A stretch of DNA of 64,000 nucleotides from NCBI GenBank assembly GCA_965233585.1, contig CBDDTI010000746.1, positions 640,001 to 704,000 on the forward strand. The letters are read 5' to 3'. Positions 7,990-18,611 of the stretch are shown here, one piece after another. This stretch comes from a bacterium. Its GTDB lineage: Bacteria > SAR324 > NAC60-12. Under the pieces are notes generated by a model. That model was not told where the DNA came from, searched no databases, and saw nothing but the letters and a program-made list of their open reading frames with translations. Positions within the stretch are counted from its first letter, which is position 1, and each line of letters starts with the position of its first letter. The position numbers were made by a program, and so were the translations under genes.

Positions 7990-10041
7990 ATGGGTATCAG
8001 ACAAAAGTTAATTTATTCCTTCTTAGCTGCTGGAATCTTACCTCTCATCATCTTAGGGGCTGTGGTCTATTTTCTTGTGTTTAGTTCATTTGGTGAATTA
8101 ATCCAGTATGGTTTGGAGTCTTCCAAAGAAACAGAGATTTCAAATTTAGAAAAAATCAGAGATTTTAGAGCAGAACTGATTCAAAATTATTTTGACAAGG
8201 AGGAGGTTGCCTTCAACAACTATGCAGGAACATTTGGGGTCAAAGCCGCTTTGCGTGACTTCAATTTTGCATATTTGGCAGAAAAAAAAGAATCCATCAG
8301 AATAGAATTAGTGAAGCAACCTATTTATGCTGGAGTTCAAGAAAAATATCATGATGACTTTAAAAGATACTTAAACCTTTATGGTTTGTATGATGTTTTT
8401 CTATTCAACGAACAAGGGGATTTAGTCTATTCTGTGAATAAAGAGCTTGATTTTGCCACGAATTTTGTCAACGGACCTTATGCGTCTTCAGGTCTTGGCG
8501 AGGCATTTCGTAAGGCAAAACTTTCTAAAAAAATGGTCTTCGTAGATTTTGAACCTTATGAACCGGCAAAGAGTGTACCTGCCGCTTTTATGGCAATCTC
8601 TATTTACTCTGATGACTCGCTACTAGGTGTTTTTGCGGTTCAAATTCCTGTGGATGAAATTTCTCAGTCTATTTCATCACTCAAAAATCTAGGCAAGACA
8701 GGTGAAGCATACCTTGTTGGACCTAACTTTCATCTTCGTTCCAATGTCAATAGGCACTATGAAGGGCTGACAGTTTCAAAGAGCTTTAAAGAAGACATTC
8801 TTTTCCGTACTGCTGATGTCCAAAATGCCCTCAATGGCAAAACAGGTTCAATGATTCTAAAAGATGAGCATGACAAAGACAATCCACAACTACAACATGC
8901 TGAAGTGGAAGGGCTGACGGTTTCCACTTACCGTCCTATTGAGGTGTTTGGATATACATGGGCGTTGGTTGTTGATAAATCAGAAATTGAAATTGAAAAT
9001 AATGCCTCAATTATTGCATCAAAACAAAATGAATTAATCAGTTCTCTTAACACTTTACTGCTCACGGTGATTGCCGTTTCTATTGTACTAGCCATCATCA
9101 TTGGGATTACAATTTTTAGCTACATCACTAAAGGAGTTGCCAATAAACTGGGACATGTCAGCCAACTTGCACAAAGCGTTCTCAAAGACTCTGAAAAGCT
9201 GTCTGTGCGTTCTCAATCCCAAAATGAAGCAACCGATGAAATTCTGACCTCTTTGGAAGAGCTAATTTCGTCAATTCAAGATGTGGCTCAAAACTCAAGT
9301 AATGTTTCTAACAATGCTAATAATTCAGCAGAAGAAGCTAAACGTGGAGGCACTGCTGTGAATAAGTCTATTTCTGCCATGAAACTTATCAGTGAATCTT
9401 CTCAACGTATCACTGAAATTGTTGATGTGATTTCTGAAATTGCAGAACAAACCAACCTGCTAGCACTCAACGCAGCCATTGAAGCCGCAAGGGCAGGAGA
9501 ACAAGGAAAAGGATTTTCTGTGGTTGCTGATGAAGTCAGAAAACTTGCAGAACGAAGTGCCAAAGCTACGCAGGAAATTACAAACTTGATTCGTGAAGGG
9601 AACACCAGAGTTGATGAAGGCGTTGACCTTTCAGACCAAGCAGGGAATATGCTAGAAGCCATTGTCACACATGTTGACAAAACAGCAGAGATGATTGACA
9701 GAATTTCTGCAGCAACAGAGGAACAAGCGGCAACATCAAATTCTATTAAAGACAGCATTGACCAAATTGCCAGCAGTGCCAAAGATAGCCATTCAGCCTC
9801 TGAAGTGTTAGTTAATTCTGCGATTGAAATGCGTAATGAGGTCATGCAAGTCATTTCAGGACGCATCTCAGAAGACCAAGACTACTCAGCAGTAGAACCT
9901 TCTGTTTCTCCCAAAGAAAAGTCATCACCAGCAACACATTATGAACCCCAAAACTCTGTTGCTCCTATCTCAAGTGTCATGCCTGAACCGAACAAAGCTG
10001 CTGATGGTAAAAAAGGCAAAGAAGATTATTTAGATTGGTAA
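7990..10041 (+). CDS. Methyl-accepting chemotaxis protein with Cache-like periplasmic domain and C-terminal tether ending DYLDW
   Basis: Two TM helices; signalling hairpin [38 protein letters not shown]. Confidence 0.95.
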   Translation: MGIRQKLIYSFLAAGILPLIILGAVVYFLVFSSFGELIQYGLESSKETEISNLEKIRDFRAELIQNYFDKEEVAFNNYAGTFGVKAALRDFNFAYLAEKKESIRIELVKQPIYAGVQEKYHDDFKRYLNLYGLYDVFLFNEQGDLVYSVNKELDFATNFVNGPYASSGLGEAFRKAKLSKKMVFVDFEPYEPAKSVPAAFMAISIYSDDSLLGVFAVQIPVDEISQSISSLKNLGKTGEAYLVGPNFHLRSNVNRHYEGLTVSKSFKEDILFRTADVQNALNGKTGSMILKDEHDKDNPQLQHAEVEGLTVSTYRPIEVFGYTWALVVDKSEIEIENNASIIASKQNELISSLNTLLLTVIAVSIVLAIIIGITIFSYITKGVANKLGHVSQLAQSVLKDSEKLSVRSQSQNEATDEILTSLEELISSIQDVAQNSSNVSNNANNSAEEAKRGGTAVNKSISAMKLISESSQRITEIVDVISEIAEQTNLLALNAAIEAARAGEQGKGFSVVADEVRKLAERSAKATQEITNLIREGNTRVDEGVDLSDQAGNMLEAIVTHVDKTAEMIDRISAATEEQAATSNSIKDSIDQIASSAKDSHSASEVLVNSAIEMRNEVMQVISGRISEDQDYSAVEPSVSPKEKSSPATHYEPQNSVAPISSVMPEPNKAADGKKGKEDYLDW

Positions 10042-10065
10042 AAATCAAACTAAGCTAGACACTTT

Positions 10066-10857
10066 ATGGATTTAATCACCCCCCAAGAGATGTCTTTGTT
10101 TGCTGAAAAAGCGTATAAAGAAACGGGCATACGTTTTTCAGAGACCAAAACAACATTGATGAGTAATCGGCTTTCTGCAAGAATGAAAGTGCTGGGTTTG
10201 GCAACATACAAACAATATTATGACTACCTTGTTGCAAACTCCAAACAAGAAACACGTTATTTCATTGAAGCCATTACGACCAATGAAACTTACTTTTTTA
10301 GGGGCAAAGAACATTTTCAAATTTTAAGTCAGAAAATTTTAGAGTCATGGCGTGAGAACGATTTGACTTTTTGGAGCGCCGCCTGTTCTAGTGGAGAAGA
10401 GGCTTACTCTTTGGCAATCGCATCACTGGAAAGACTGGCGAATCCCCGAAGAACTCGTGTTAAAATTTTTGCCAGCGACATTGATTACAGCATTATGAAA
10501 AAAGTGGACGATGGATATTACTCTGATTATGCTGTGCGATTTGTGAATCAAGGATTACTGCAAAAATACTTTAAAAAAACTAATGCGCCAGAACCTTGGG
10601 CGATTGACAGAAAATTGCGACCCATGATTTCTTTAGGATTCCACAATCTCAAAGAACCATTTAATCGGGCAAAAATAGATGTTGTCTTTTGTAGAAATGT
10701 TTTGATTTATTTTGATAATGAAAGCAAAAAAATTGTTTACAAACACTTGGTCAATGCTTTGAAGACAGGAGGTTATCTTTTTATTGGTGAATCAGAAATT
10801 ACGCCAGAAATACCCGGTATGGAACGTATTCATACCTCTATTTTAAGAAAAAAGTAA
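10066..10857 (+). CDS. cheR: Chemotaxis protein-glutamate methyltransferase CheR
   Basis: TTNETYFFR, WSAACSSGEEAYS, FCRNVLIYFD. Confidence 0.95.
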   Translation: MDLITPQEMSLFAEKAYKETGIRFSETKTTLMSNRLSARMKVLGLATYKQYYDYLVANSKQETRYFIEAITTNETYFFRGKEHFQILSQKILESWRENDLTFWSAACSSGEEAYSLAIASLERLANPRRTRVKIFASDIDYSIMKKVDDGYYSDYAVRFVNQGLLQKYFKKTNAPEPWAIDRKLRPMISLGFHNLKEPFNRAKIDVVFCRNVLIYFDNESKKIVYKHLVNALKTGGYLFIGESEITPEIPGMERIHTSILRKK

Positions 10858-11333
10858 TGGGTAGAATTGTCCGCATTGCTATTGGCGAGGCAGGAGTTGG
10901 ACAACACGATGATGTCTTGTTTACCATTTTAGGCTCTTGCATTGCGATTATGTTATTTGATAAAAAATATAACATTGGAGGGCTAGCTCATATCATGCTT
11001 GGAAAATCTCAAGATGACCGACTGTTGCAACCTGCAAAATATGCAGATACTGCTGTACCGTATTTGGTTCGTTTGATGACACACAAAGGCGCAGCTCCTC
11101 ATCGTTTAAAGGTTGCCAAGATTGCAGGCGCTTCAGAAATGTTCCCCACACAAGACCGTTCCCAAAGTATTTCAATGATGAATATCAAAGCTGTTAGGCA
11201 GGTGTTACACCAACATCAAATTCGGATTACTGCTGAAGATTTAGGTGGGAACAAAGGGAGGCAGGTTAAATTTGACACCAAAACAGGTCGCGTGAGTATT
11301 TTTATTGAAGGCAAGATTAGCAAATATCTTTAA
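10857..11333 (+). CDS. cheD: Chemoreceptor glutamine deamidase CheD
   Basis: LGSC, GGLAHIML, KYAD, EDLGG..GR. Confidence 0.9.
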   Translation: MGRIVRIAIGEAGVGQHDDVLFTILGSCIAIMLFDKKYNIGGLAHIMLGKSQDDRLLQPAKYADTAVPYLVRLMTHKGAAPHRLKVAKIAGASEMFPTQDRSQSISMMNIKAVRQVLHQHQIRITAEDLGGNKGRQVKFDTKTGRVSIFIEGKISKYL

Positions 11334-11355
11334 GACAAAACATCTTTGAGAAAGA

Positions 11356-14301
11356 ATGACCTCACTATCCAAAAAACTACTGATTCAAGCCCTTGATCAT
11401 GCTGATAGTCCTGTTTGCATTCTCCAAAACAAAGACTCTCAAGAAGTCATTGTCCATGCCAACAACAGTTTTTGTAAACTTCTTGGCTCTTCACTAAAAG
11501 AGGTCGTTCATAAGACGATAGACCAATACACTGTCAACATTTCTCCCGTTCCACTCTCTATTGCAGAAACAGAATCACTGATTATGAATCAGTATAATGA
11601 TTCGTTGGGGGATTTAACGCTTTGTGAAACCACACCGAATGTCATCTCTTTTTCTAATGAAGAAGGGGAGTTTCTGATTTGCCGTCTGGATTCTTCTGTT
11701 GTAGAAGAAAACAAAGCTCAAATGGTCTCACCTGCAAAAGAAGAGACCGACTTTTCTGCGTCCATTAACGTCGTGCCTCCTCTTGGTTATAATCAAGAAG
11801 CTCAAACTGAAGAAGTCCCTCTTCATGTTGAAGACCAAACCTTTACAACTACAACTGATGTTGCACCAACTGACCCTCAAGAACCACCACTTGCAACACA
11901 ACCAGAACCAGAAGAACCATTAGAAGAAGGGCTTGCACCTTCTATGTCTGCTATTCAGTTTTTACAAAACTTTCCCGAGGTTGTTTGGGAATGCGATGCA
12001 AACATGAACCTCACTTACATAGGTGGTGCATTGCAAAGTTTGACAGGCTTCACTCCTGAGTCCCTTTTATATGAACCCCTTTATTCTCGTTTTGACCAAA
12101 ACTCTCGTGATAAAATTCAGGAACAAATCACACTTCCCAACACAAACACCATTCGCTGCGGTGGTTTAATTTGCTACACTGCAGACAATTCTGAATTATG
12201 TGTAGAGTTGGTGTTTCGTGCTGCTCAAAACGCTAAGCAAGAACCTTGTTGGATTGGCATGTTGAGAGAGGATTTTTCTCTTGCTCTCATGCCTGCAGAG
12301 GAGTCTCAAGCTGATGAAGTCATTGATGATAGTCAGGCGATCATTCATGTCAATTCTGAAGGCATGATTTTCTTTGCATCAGAAAGCTCCCAAGCCATCA
12401 TCGGTTTCAATCCAGATGAGGCACCCCAAGAAATCACCCCTTATCTTGTTGATGAAACCATCAGACCTATGATTGATTTTGCCTTCATGCAACAAGAAGA
12501 CGTCCCTTTTCCAGTAGAATTGAAGTTTCAAAACACTGCACAACAGGTCTTTTTACGTTTCTATGAAGACCACCTTGAAGCCTCCTTTGATGAAGTCTTG
12601 GAAGTTCAACAAACGTCAGAAGCAGAAGCATCTGATGAGATGGATTTTAGCGATACCATTGACCCTGACATGAAGGCGAATATCCTCAGTGATAGTAAGC
12701 ACCTTGCAGGGGAAACTCTTGAGCTTGTGAGAAGTTTGGAGGTTTGTTCTTATTCTAATGAAGAGGAATTAGACCTTGAAGAGTATAGAAACTTCATTGA
12801 CGACAAGAACATTGACGAATATCGGGAAAACATCAGACTGCTTGCAAACAAAGTTCACGGTCTCAAAGGAGCGTCAGGGTTTCTCATTCCAGCGGCAAAG
12901 AAACTTTGCCATTACACAGAAGAAATCATCAAACCTCTTTCTGAATGCAAGCTAGTTCTGACGCAAAGTAATTTTCAACTTCTCAAACAATTTGTTTTTG
13001 CAATCCAAGAATCACTTGATGAGTTTGAAGAAGGGCGACCAATTAGCTGCAATGTTCACCAGTGGGAAGAGCGAATCCAGCAACAATTACATACAAGTCA
13101 AAAATACGTTGGCAACCAGATTGGGGAGTTCATTAGTTTGTTGGTGCAAGCAGGTGCAAGGAACACTGACCAACATTCTGTGCGTGCTGATGAATTTCTT
13201 TCGGTTTCTCATCAAGGCTATTTACAACTGGCTGAACAAGTGAAGCAGTTATTTTATATGATTGTTGATAACTTATCAGGCGACAGCTTGGTCAACGCAG
13301 GCACACTGTACAACGAGTTTCTTGGCACTCATCAAAAAATTATCAAAATTGCCCCAGATTTGTCCCGTTATGAAAGGCTGATTCCCAACATGGGTTCAGA
13401 ATATGACAAACAAGTTAATTTTGAGTACAACACACATGAAACACGAGCAGACCGCGAATTTTGGAATGCCATGCACGAGGTTTTTAACCACGTCTTAAAA
13501 AATGCTATCATTCATGGGTTGGAGACTCCCAGTGAACGCATTGAACAAAATAAGCCAGAATGCGGCGTTGTCAATCTTGACATTAATGATGATGCACTCA
13601 ATCTTTACATCAAAATTTCTGATGATGGGAGAGGGATTGATGTTGACCAGATTTCACAAAAGGCAGTAGAAAATCAAATCATTTCTCAAGAAGATTTGAA
13701 GAAGATGTCAAAAGAAGAGATATTGGGTTTGGTCTTTGCTCAGGGTGTGTCCACTGCAGACCAAGTAGATGATAATGCAGGACGTGGCGTGGGAATGAAT
13801 GCTGTGCAAGAAGTGATGAAGCAATTCAGGGGAAGTTGTACAATTTCTTCTGACCTTAATATTGGGACGTCTTGGAGTTTTATTTTTCCAAAAAACAATG
13901 TCTCGTTACCTTGTTTTATCGTCAAAATTGGAGAGATGCCCATTGCTATTCCTGAAAATAATGTAGAAGGCTTCCAGAAATATCAGCAAAACTACATTCA
14001 CACAATCAATCAACGCAAGGTTTATAGGAGAAATGAAGAGGTCATTCCCCTTTTGGATTCTAGGGCATTCTTTGGTGATGACAATGTCCATGAACATCAA
14101 AACATTGTGTGCCGACTGCTTATTTTGCAAGAAAATAGTAAAAAGGTGGGATTGGCGATTAATGACATTTTGCATCATGCGACACTTCCTATTTTGGCAT
14201 TGCCCAGTGAGTATCAAAATATTCCTATCTATTTGGGTGCAACTTTATATCGTGATGTCCCTGTTTTAGTTCTCAATGCCCACCAAATCTTTACCGTATA
14301 G
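11356..14301 (+). CDS. cheA: Atypical CheA-like histidine kinase: N-terminal PAS-like domains, internal Hpt, HATPase, CheW-like domain
   Basis: Hpt KVHGLKG; N box HVLKNAIIHG; DDGRG; GVST...AGRGVGM; C-terminal CheW-like domain; PAS-like segments (NFPEVVWECD..LTYI). Confidence 0.8.
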   Translation: MTSLSKKLLIQALDHADSPVCILQNKDSQEVIVHANNSFCKLLGSSLKEVVHKTIDQYTVNISPVPLSIAETESLIMNQYNDSLGDLTLCETTPNVISFSNEEGEFLICRLDSSVVEENKAQMVSPAKEETDFSASINVVPPLGYNQEAQTEEVPLHVEDQTFTTTTDVAPTDPQEPPLATQPEPEEPLEEGLAPSMSAIQFLQNFPEVVWECDANMNLTYIGGALQSLTGFTPESLLYEPLYSRFDQNSRDKIQEQITLPNTNTIRCGGLICYTADNSELCVELVFRAAQNAKQEPCWIGMLREDFSLALMPAEESQADEVIDDSQAIIHVNSEGMIFFASESSQAIIGFNPDEAPQEITPYLVDETIRPMIDFAFMQQEDVPFPVELKFQNTAQQVFLRFYEDHLEASFDEVLEVQQTSEAEASDEMDFSDTIDPDMKANILSDSKHLAGETLELVRSLEVCSYSNEEELDLEEYRNFIDDKNIDEYRENIRLLANKVHGLKGASGFLIPAAKKLCHYTEEIIKPLSECKLVLTQSNFQLLKQFVFAIQESLDEFEEGRPISCNVHQWEERIQQQLHTSQKYVGNQIGEFISLLVQAGARNTDQHSVRADEFLSVSHQGYLQLAEQVKQLFYMIVDNLSGDSLVNAGTLYNEFLGTHQKIIKIAPDLSRYERLIPNMGSEYDKQVNFEYNTHETRADREFWNAMHEVFNHVLKNAIIHGLETPSERIEQNKPECGVVNLDINDDALNLYIKISDDGRGIDVDQISQKAVENQIISQEDLKKMSKEEILGLVFAQGVSTADQVDDNAGRGVGMNAVQEVMKQFRGSCTISSDLNIGTSWSFIFPKNNVSLPCFIVKIGEMPIAIPENNVEGFQKYQQNYIHTINQRKVYRRNEEVIPLLDSRAFFGDDNVHEHQNIVCRLLILQENSKKVGLAINDILHHATLPILALPSEYQNIPIYLGATLYRDVPVLVLNAHQIFTV

Positions 14302-14305
14302 CCTC

Positions 14306-15364
14306 ATGTTTCATTTGAAATTTCGTCAATTTTTGTTTTTATTTTTCTTTTGCAGCGGCAGTGCATTCGCTCAACAGAACCTTGAAGAACAAAAAAGGAT
14401 AGAAATTTATCAAAAAAGTAGTCCTGCTGTTGTCAACATTACTTCCATTGCATTAAGTTTTGACTCATACTTTAGACCTGTTCCAACAGAATCAGGTTCG
14501 GGTTCAGGCTTCATTGTGGACAAGCAAGGGCATATTTTGACAAACTACCATGTCATCAATAAAGCACAAGAGTTGACAGTGTTGCTTTCAGATGAAAGCC
14601 AAATTGGAGCAAAAGTGATTGGAATAGACCCCAATAATGACCTCGCTATTTTAAAACTTAATCAAGTGCCCAAAAATCTGACAGTCCTGCCTTTGGGCGA
14701 TTCCTCAAAATTACAAGTTGGTCAAAATGCGATTGCACTAGGGAATCCGTTTGGTTTATTACAAACATTGACTACTGGCGTTGTGAGTGCATTAGGCAGA
14801 ACCATTCAGGCACAAAATGGACGCAAAATTGATGGAGTCATTCAAACTGATGCTGCCATTAACCCCGGTAATTCTGGCGGTCCGTTGTTGGATTCTCAAG
14901 GATATGTCATTGGAATCAATACATCTATCATTGGGCAAGGGAACATTGGAATCGGCTTTGCTGTCCCCGTGAACACAGCCAAAAGGATTATTCCAGATTT
15001 AATCAAATACGGCTATGTCCGCAGACCATGGCTTGGCATTGAAACCCTTGCCACGCAAGAACTTCAAAAACTTGGTGTTGATATTCCAGCGGGCATCTTG
15101 ATTATCAATCTTGTCAATGGTGCCCCTGCCCAAAAAGCAGGTTTGAAAGGGTCAAATCGTCAAGCAAGGGTTGGCAGATATTACATTCCATGGGGAGGGG
15201 ACATTATCACTCATGTAGATGACAAACCCATTGATTCAGTAGAGTCATTGTCCGATGCCATTGAGACTCTGTTCCTTAATCAAGAAATCACTTTAACCAT
15301 TATCAGAGACTCTAAATCGTATCAAGTGCCTGTAACACTACAAGAAAGACCCCGTCCTAGATGA
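14306..15364 (+). CDS. HtrA/DegP-family trypsin-like serine protease with PDZ domain
   Basis: GSGSGF, TNYHV, DLA, QTDAAINPGNSGGPL; signal peptide; ATG at 14306 preferred over 14276. Confidence 0.92.
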   Translation: MFHLKFRQFLFLFFFCSGSAFAQQNLEEQKRIEIYQKSSPAVVNITSIALSFDSYFRPVPTESGSGSGFIVDKQGHILTNYHVINKAQELTVLLSDESQIGAKVIGIDPNNDLAILKLNQVPKNLTVLPLGDSSKLQVGQNAIALGNPFGLLQTLTTGVVSALGRTIQAQNGRKIDGVIQTDAAINPGNSGGPLLDSQGYVIGINTSIIGQGNIGIGFAVPVNTAKRIIPDLIKYGYVRRPWLGIETLATQELQKLGVDIPAGILIINLVNGAPAQKAGLKGSNRQARVGRYYIPWGGDIITHVDDKPIDSVESLSDAIETLFLNQEITLTIIRDSKSYQVPVTLQERPRPR

Positions 15365-16419
15365 ACCATCTCCGATTTGCGGCTCAATGGTTGGGTGCAT
15401 TTGGTCTTTGGTTTGTTAGTATTTGGTTTTTGCGTGACTGGGATTTAGCATTTTCCAGATTTTTTTATCAGCAAGATTCGTGGTTATTCCAAAACCAACC
15501 TTTTTGGATTTGGATTTACGACTACTCTCCCTTGCCTCCCGTTTTGCTTTTGTTGGTATCGCTGATTTTACTGATTTTTCCCAAACTCCAGCGATTTCTA
15601 ACATTTCAAAATGTTCAAGTTTCATCGCATCACATCTTACTTTATTTTTTGACTGGTCTGTTAGCCAGCGGCTTCGTTGTCAATACGATTCTAAAGGGCT
15701 ATTGTGGCAAGCCTCGTCCGTATGAAGTGACCGATTTTGGGGGACAATGGAACTACCAAAAAACATTCCATTGTTCAACAGCAGGCAAAGGTGCATCATT
15801 TCCAAGCGGTCATGTTGCGGCAACGGCTCTTTTGCTTCACTTATGCCGTTTCAAATTTCGTCATCAGAACCTAGTCATTCTTTTAGTTTCTGGCTATATT
15901 ACAATGGTTGCTTTGCAACGTATTGGATCAGGAGGTCATTTTTTAACTGATACACTTTCAGCAGTTTTTTTAGTAGGTTGGATTCATTTTGCAGTTGAAA
16001 AGTGGCTGCTTCCTTTATTTTCTAACAATCAATACAAATGGTTCTCTTGGGGAGGTATCATTTTTTTACTTTTCATCTCTGTCATCACAAGACCTATTTA
16101 TTTAGAGGAACAAAAAGAATGGCAAGCCACATCACAAAACCTACAAATCATCTCAAATTTACCATTGAGTCAATTTCAATTTTCACAAAACAATCAAATT
16201 GTTCTAAAATCTACCATACAAGCGAGAGGCATTGAAGGTGTGATAAAAACAAAATCTGAGTATCTTCAATGCTCCAAACAGCTTGCAAAGATTTTCTACC
16301 ACGTAGACTGGGGAAACTTAACCAAAGATGAAAAATCATCTTTCGTTTTATCTCTTCCTAAAAATATTAAATGGGATTCAATTTATCAAAAGAACTGGGA
16401 TTTTTTTTGTAACAAATAA
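15361..16419 (+). CDS. PAP2-family membrane phosphatase (LpxF-like subfamily possible)
   Basis: K...GKPRP, SFPSGH, QRIGSGGHFLTD; overlaps the htrA stop codon. Confidence 0.8.
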   Translation: MNHLRFAAQWLGAFGLWFVSIWFLRDWDLAFSRFFYQQDSWLFQNQPFWIWIYDYSPLPPVLLLLVSLILLIFPKLQRFLTFQNVQVSSHHILLYFLTGLLASGFVVNTILKGYCGKPRPYEVTDFGGQWNYQKTFHCSTAGKGASFPSGHVAATALLLHLCRFKFRHQNLVILLVSGYITMVALQRIGSGGHFLTDTLSAVFLVGWIHFAVEKWLLPLFSNNQYKWFSWGGIIFLLFISVITRPIYLEEQKEWQATSQNLQIISNLPLSQFQFSQNNQIVLKSTIQARGIEGVIKTKSEYLQCSKQLAKIFYHVDWGNLTKDEKSSFVLSLPKNIKWDSIYQKNWDFFCNK

Positions 16420-16705
16420 AGTTAGAATTAGCCTTTGATCATTCAAAAAGATTCATGATTTATCAAAGGGACATAGCTTCCCGATTCTTTCTAAAATCCA
16501 AATTAAAATGGGATTGCCTGCTATGTGGAGAAAGTAGGAATTGTATTTCGTTGACAATAGATTTCTCATCAAGTAGGGGAAACAAGAGGCTATTGAAAGA
16601 CTTTACAGTCATTTTCATTTGGCTTAATGTAATTAAGTGTTTTTTCAATATCTATCTTCAAAAGGGTCAAATGATTCAAGGGGCTTTTAAAATCTTAAAA
16701 CTATC

Positions 16706-17425
16706 ATGAGTATTCAAATTTTTAATGAGTGTTTTTATTATATTCTTTTACAAAAAACTCATCTTCAAAAATGGGTACACACTTTATTGTATCGGGTTCT
16801 GAAAAAGTTAAGCCCCGTTTCAATAGAAAAACATACAATTCTTCTGGAATCTAAATTTTGCAAAAATCGTATTTATACAGAATATTCTCAAGAGATTCAA
16901 GACGATTATGAACTTATTCAGGCGTATCTTCCTGCACAATGCTCAAGCGTTTTAGACATTGGTTCTGGCATTGGTGGAATAGATGTTATCTTGCTCAAAC
17001 ACTATGGTTTCAAACCTGACATTTTTCTATTTGATCTCAACAGAATAGATACCAATCTCTACTATGAGTTTCATACTCATGCTGCTGCTTACAATTCATT
17101 TGAAATCGCAGAAACACTACTCAAATTAAATGGTGTTCCTGAAAATAAAATTCATTTGTTTGATGTTGATCAAAATTCCTATTTGCATTTGCAAAATTCA
17201 TTTGATATTGTGGTCTCCTATAAATCATGGGGGTTTCATTATCCTCTAAAAACTTATCTTTCTTGGGTGATGACACGTTTGAAAAAATACAGTATTTTAA
17301 GTTGTGATCTTAGAAAGAACACTGGTGATTTAGAACTCCTAAAACAGCATTTTGATGAAATCATTATTTTGAATAAAGGATCAAAACATTCTCGCATTCT
17401 CGCAAGAAAACCCAAGAAAATTTAA
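16706..17425 (+). CDS. Class I SAM-dependent methyltransferase
   Basis: VLDIGSGIGG motif I; FDIVVS. Confidence 0.75.
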   Translation: MSIQIFNECFYYILLQKTHLQKWVHTLLYRVLKKLSPVSIEKHTILLESKFCKNRIYTEYSQEIQDDYELIQAYLPAQCSSVLDIGSGIGGIDVILLKHYGFKPDIFLFDLNRIDTNLYYEFHTHAAAYNSFEIAETLLKLNGVPENKIHLFDVDQNSYLHLQNSFDIVVSYKSWGFHYPLKTYLSWVMTRLKKYSILSCDLRKNTGDLELLKQHFDEIIILNKGSKHSRILARKPKKI

Positions 17426-17645
17426 GCAGAGGGCAAGTCATGAACATCAAATACTGCTGGAGATGAAAAGATTCATATCAGAAAACATGATAACAATGGG
17501 TAGAGGACATGGCTATAACCAGTTTGTTTTTAGAAAAACGTCAATTCAATCAAAATAATCTTCCACTTTATTTTGGAGTGAGGTTAGTTGATCAGGATGT
17601 TTCTTATAGTGTGAAAATTTTTTCAATTTAGATCATTAACTTGAA

Positions 17646-18611
17646 ATGCAAAACACGCCATCTTTTCTCATTACGATAGATACAGAGGGAGATAATCTAT
17701 GGGGTTTTCCACAAGAGATTACGACAAAAAACTCTCAATTTTTACCTCGTTTTCAAAATTTATGTGAGAAATATGGATTCAAACCAACCTATTTAACAAA
17801 CTATGAGATGGCAATGTGTCCTATGTTTCAAGAGTTTGTCAAGGATACTCTTCAAAGGCAACAATGTGAAATTGGCATGCACCTGCATGCCTGGAATAGC
17901 CCACCAATCTACTCCTTGACCAGCAATGATTATCAATATTGTCCATATTTAGTTGAGTATCCTCAAGAAGTTATGGAGAAAAAAGTTAAATTTATGACTG
18001 ATTTACTAGAATCAACTTTTGAAAGAAAAATGACAAGTCATCGGGCAGGTAGATGGGCATTTAATGAAATTTATGCAAAAATTTTAGAAAAATTGGGATA
18101 TTTGGTGGATTGTTCTTGTACACCATATATCTCTTGGAAATCACATCTAGGTAACCCTAACGGTTCTGGAGGCACAGATTATTCTTTATATCCAGTACAT
18201 CATTATTTTTTAGATTTAAATAATCTTTCCCAAAAGGGTTATTCATCTTTAATGGAAATTCCAATGACCATTATACCACATTTTTTGAATCATTCTATTT
18301 ATAAAAAACTTTTTAAAACATATCTTTTGAAAAGAGTTGTAAGAAAATTTTTTAATCCTATTTGGCTTCGTCCTAATGGAAAAAATAAACAGCAAATACT
18401 CAATTTAATCCAAAAAAATATAGACAAAAAATCTCCATACATTCAATTTATGTTACATTCATCAGAATTAATGCCAGGGGGCAGTCCTAATTTTCCAAAT
18501 CATAAATCTATTGAAAATCTTTATGACAATTTGGACATTGTTTTTGAAAAAATTTCAAATTTTTATCAAGGTCACACCCTCACAGAATACTATCATTTAT
18601 GGAAATTTTAA
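17646..18611 (+). CDS. Polysaccharide deacetylase-family protein (WalW/WbmS-like)
   Basis: ITIDTEGD, EIGMHLHAWNSPP, SHRAGRW, MLHSSELMPGGSP. Confidence 0.8.
   Translation: MQNTPSFLITIDTEGDNLWGFPQEITTKNSQFLPRFQNLCEKYGFKPTYLTNYEMAMCPMFQEFVKDTLQRQQCEIGMHLHAWNSPPIYSLTSNDYQYCPYLVEYPQEVMEKKVKFMTDLLESTFERKMTSHRAGRWAFNEIYAKILEKLGYLVDCSCTPYISWKSHLGNPNGSGGTDYSLYPVHHYFLDLNNLSQKGYSSLMEIPMTIIPHFLNHSIYKKLFKTYLLKRVVRKFFNPIWLRPNGKNKQQILNLIQKNIDKKSPYIQFMLHSSELMPGGSPNFPNHKSIENLYDNLDIVFEKISNFYQGHTLTEYYHLWKF

Noticed and set aside
16455..16709. Short ORFs 16455-16709 (+) and 16463-16648 (-), and a fragment near 17463-17558
   Set aside because: No convincing motif; probably gene remnants or chance ORFs in AT-rich DNA.
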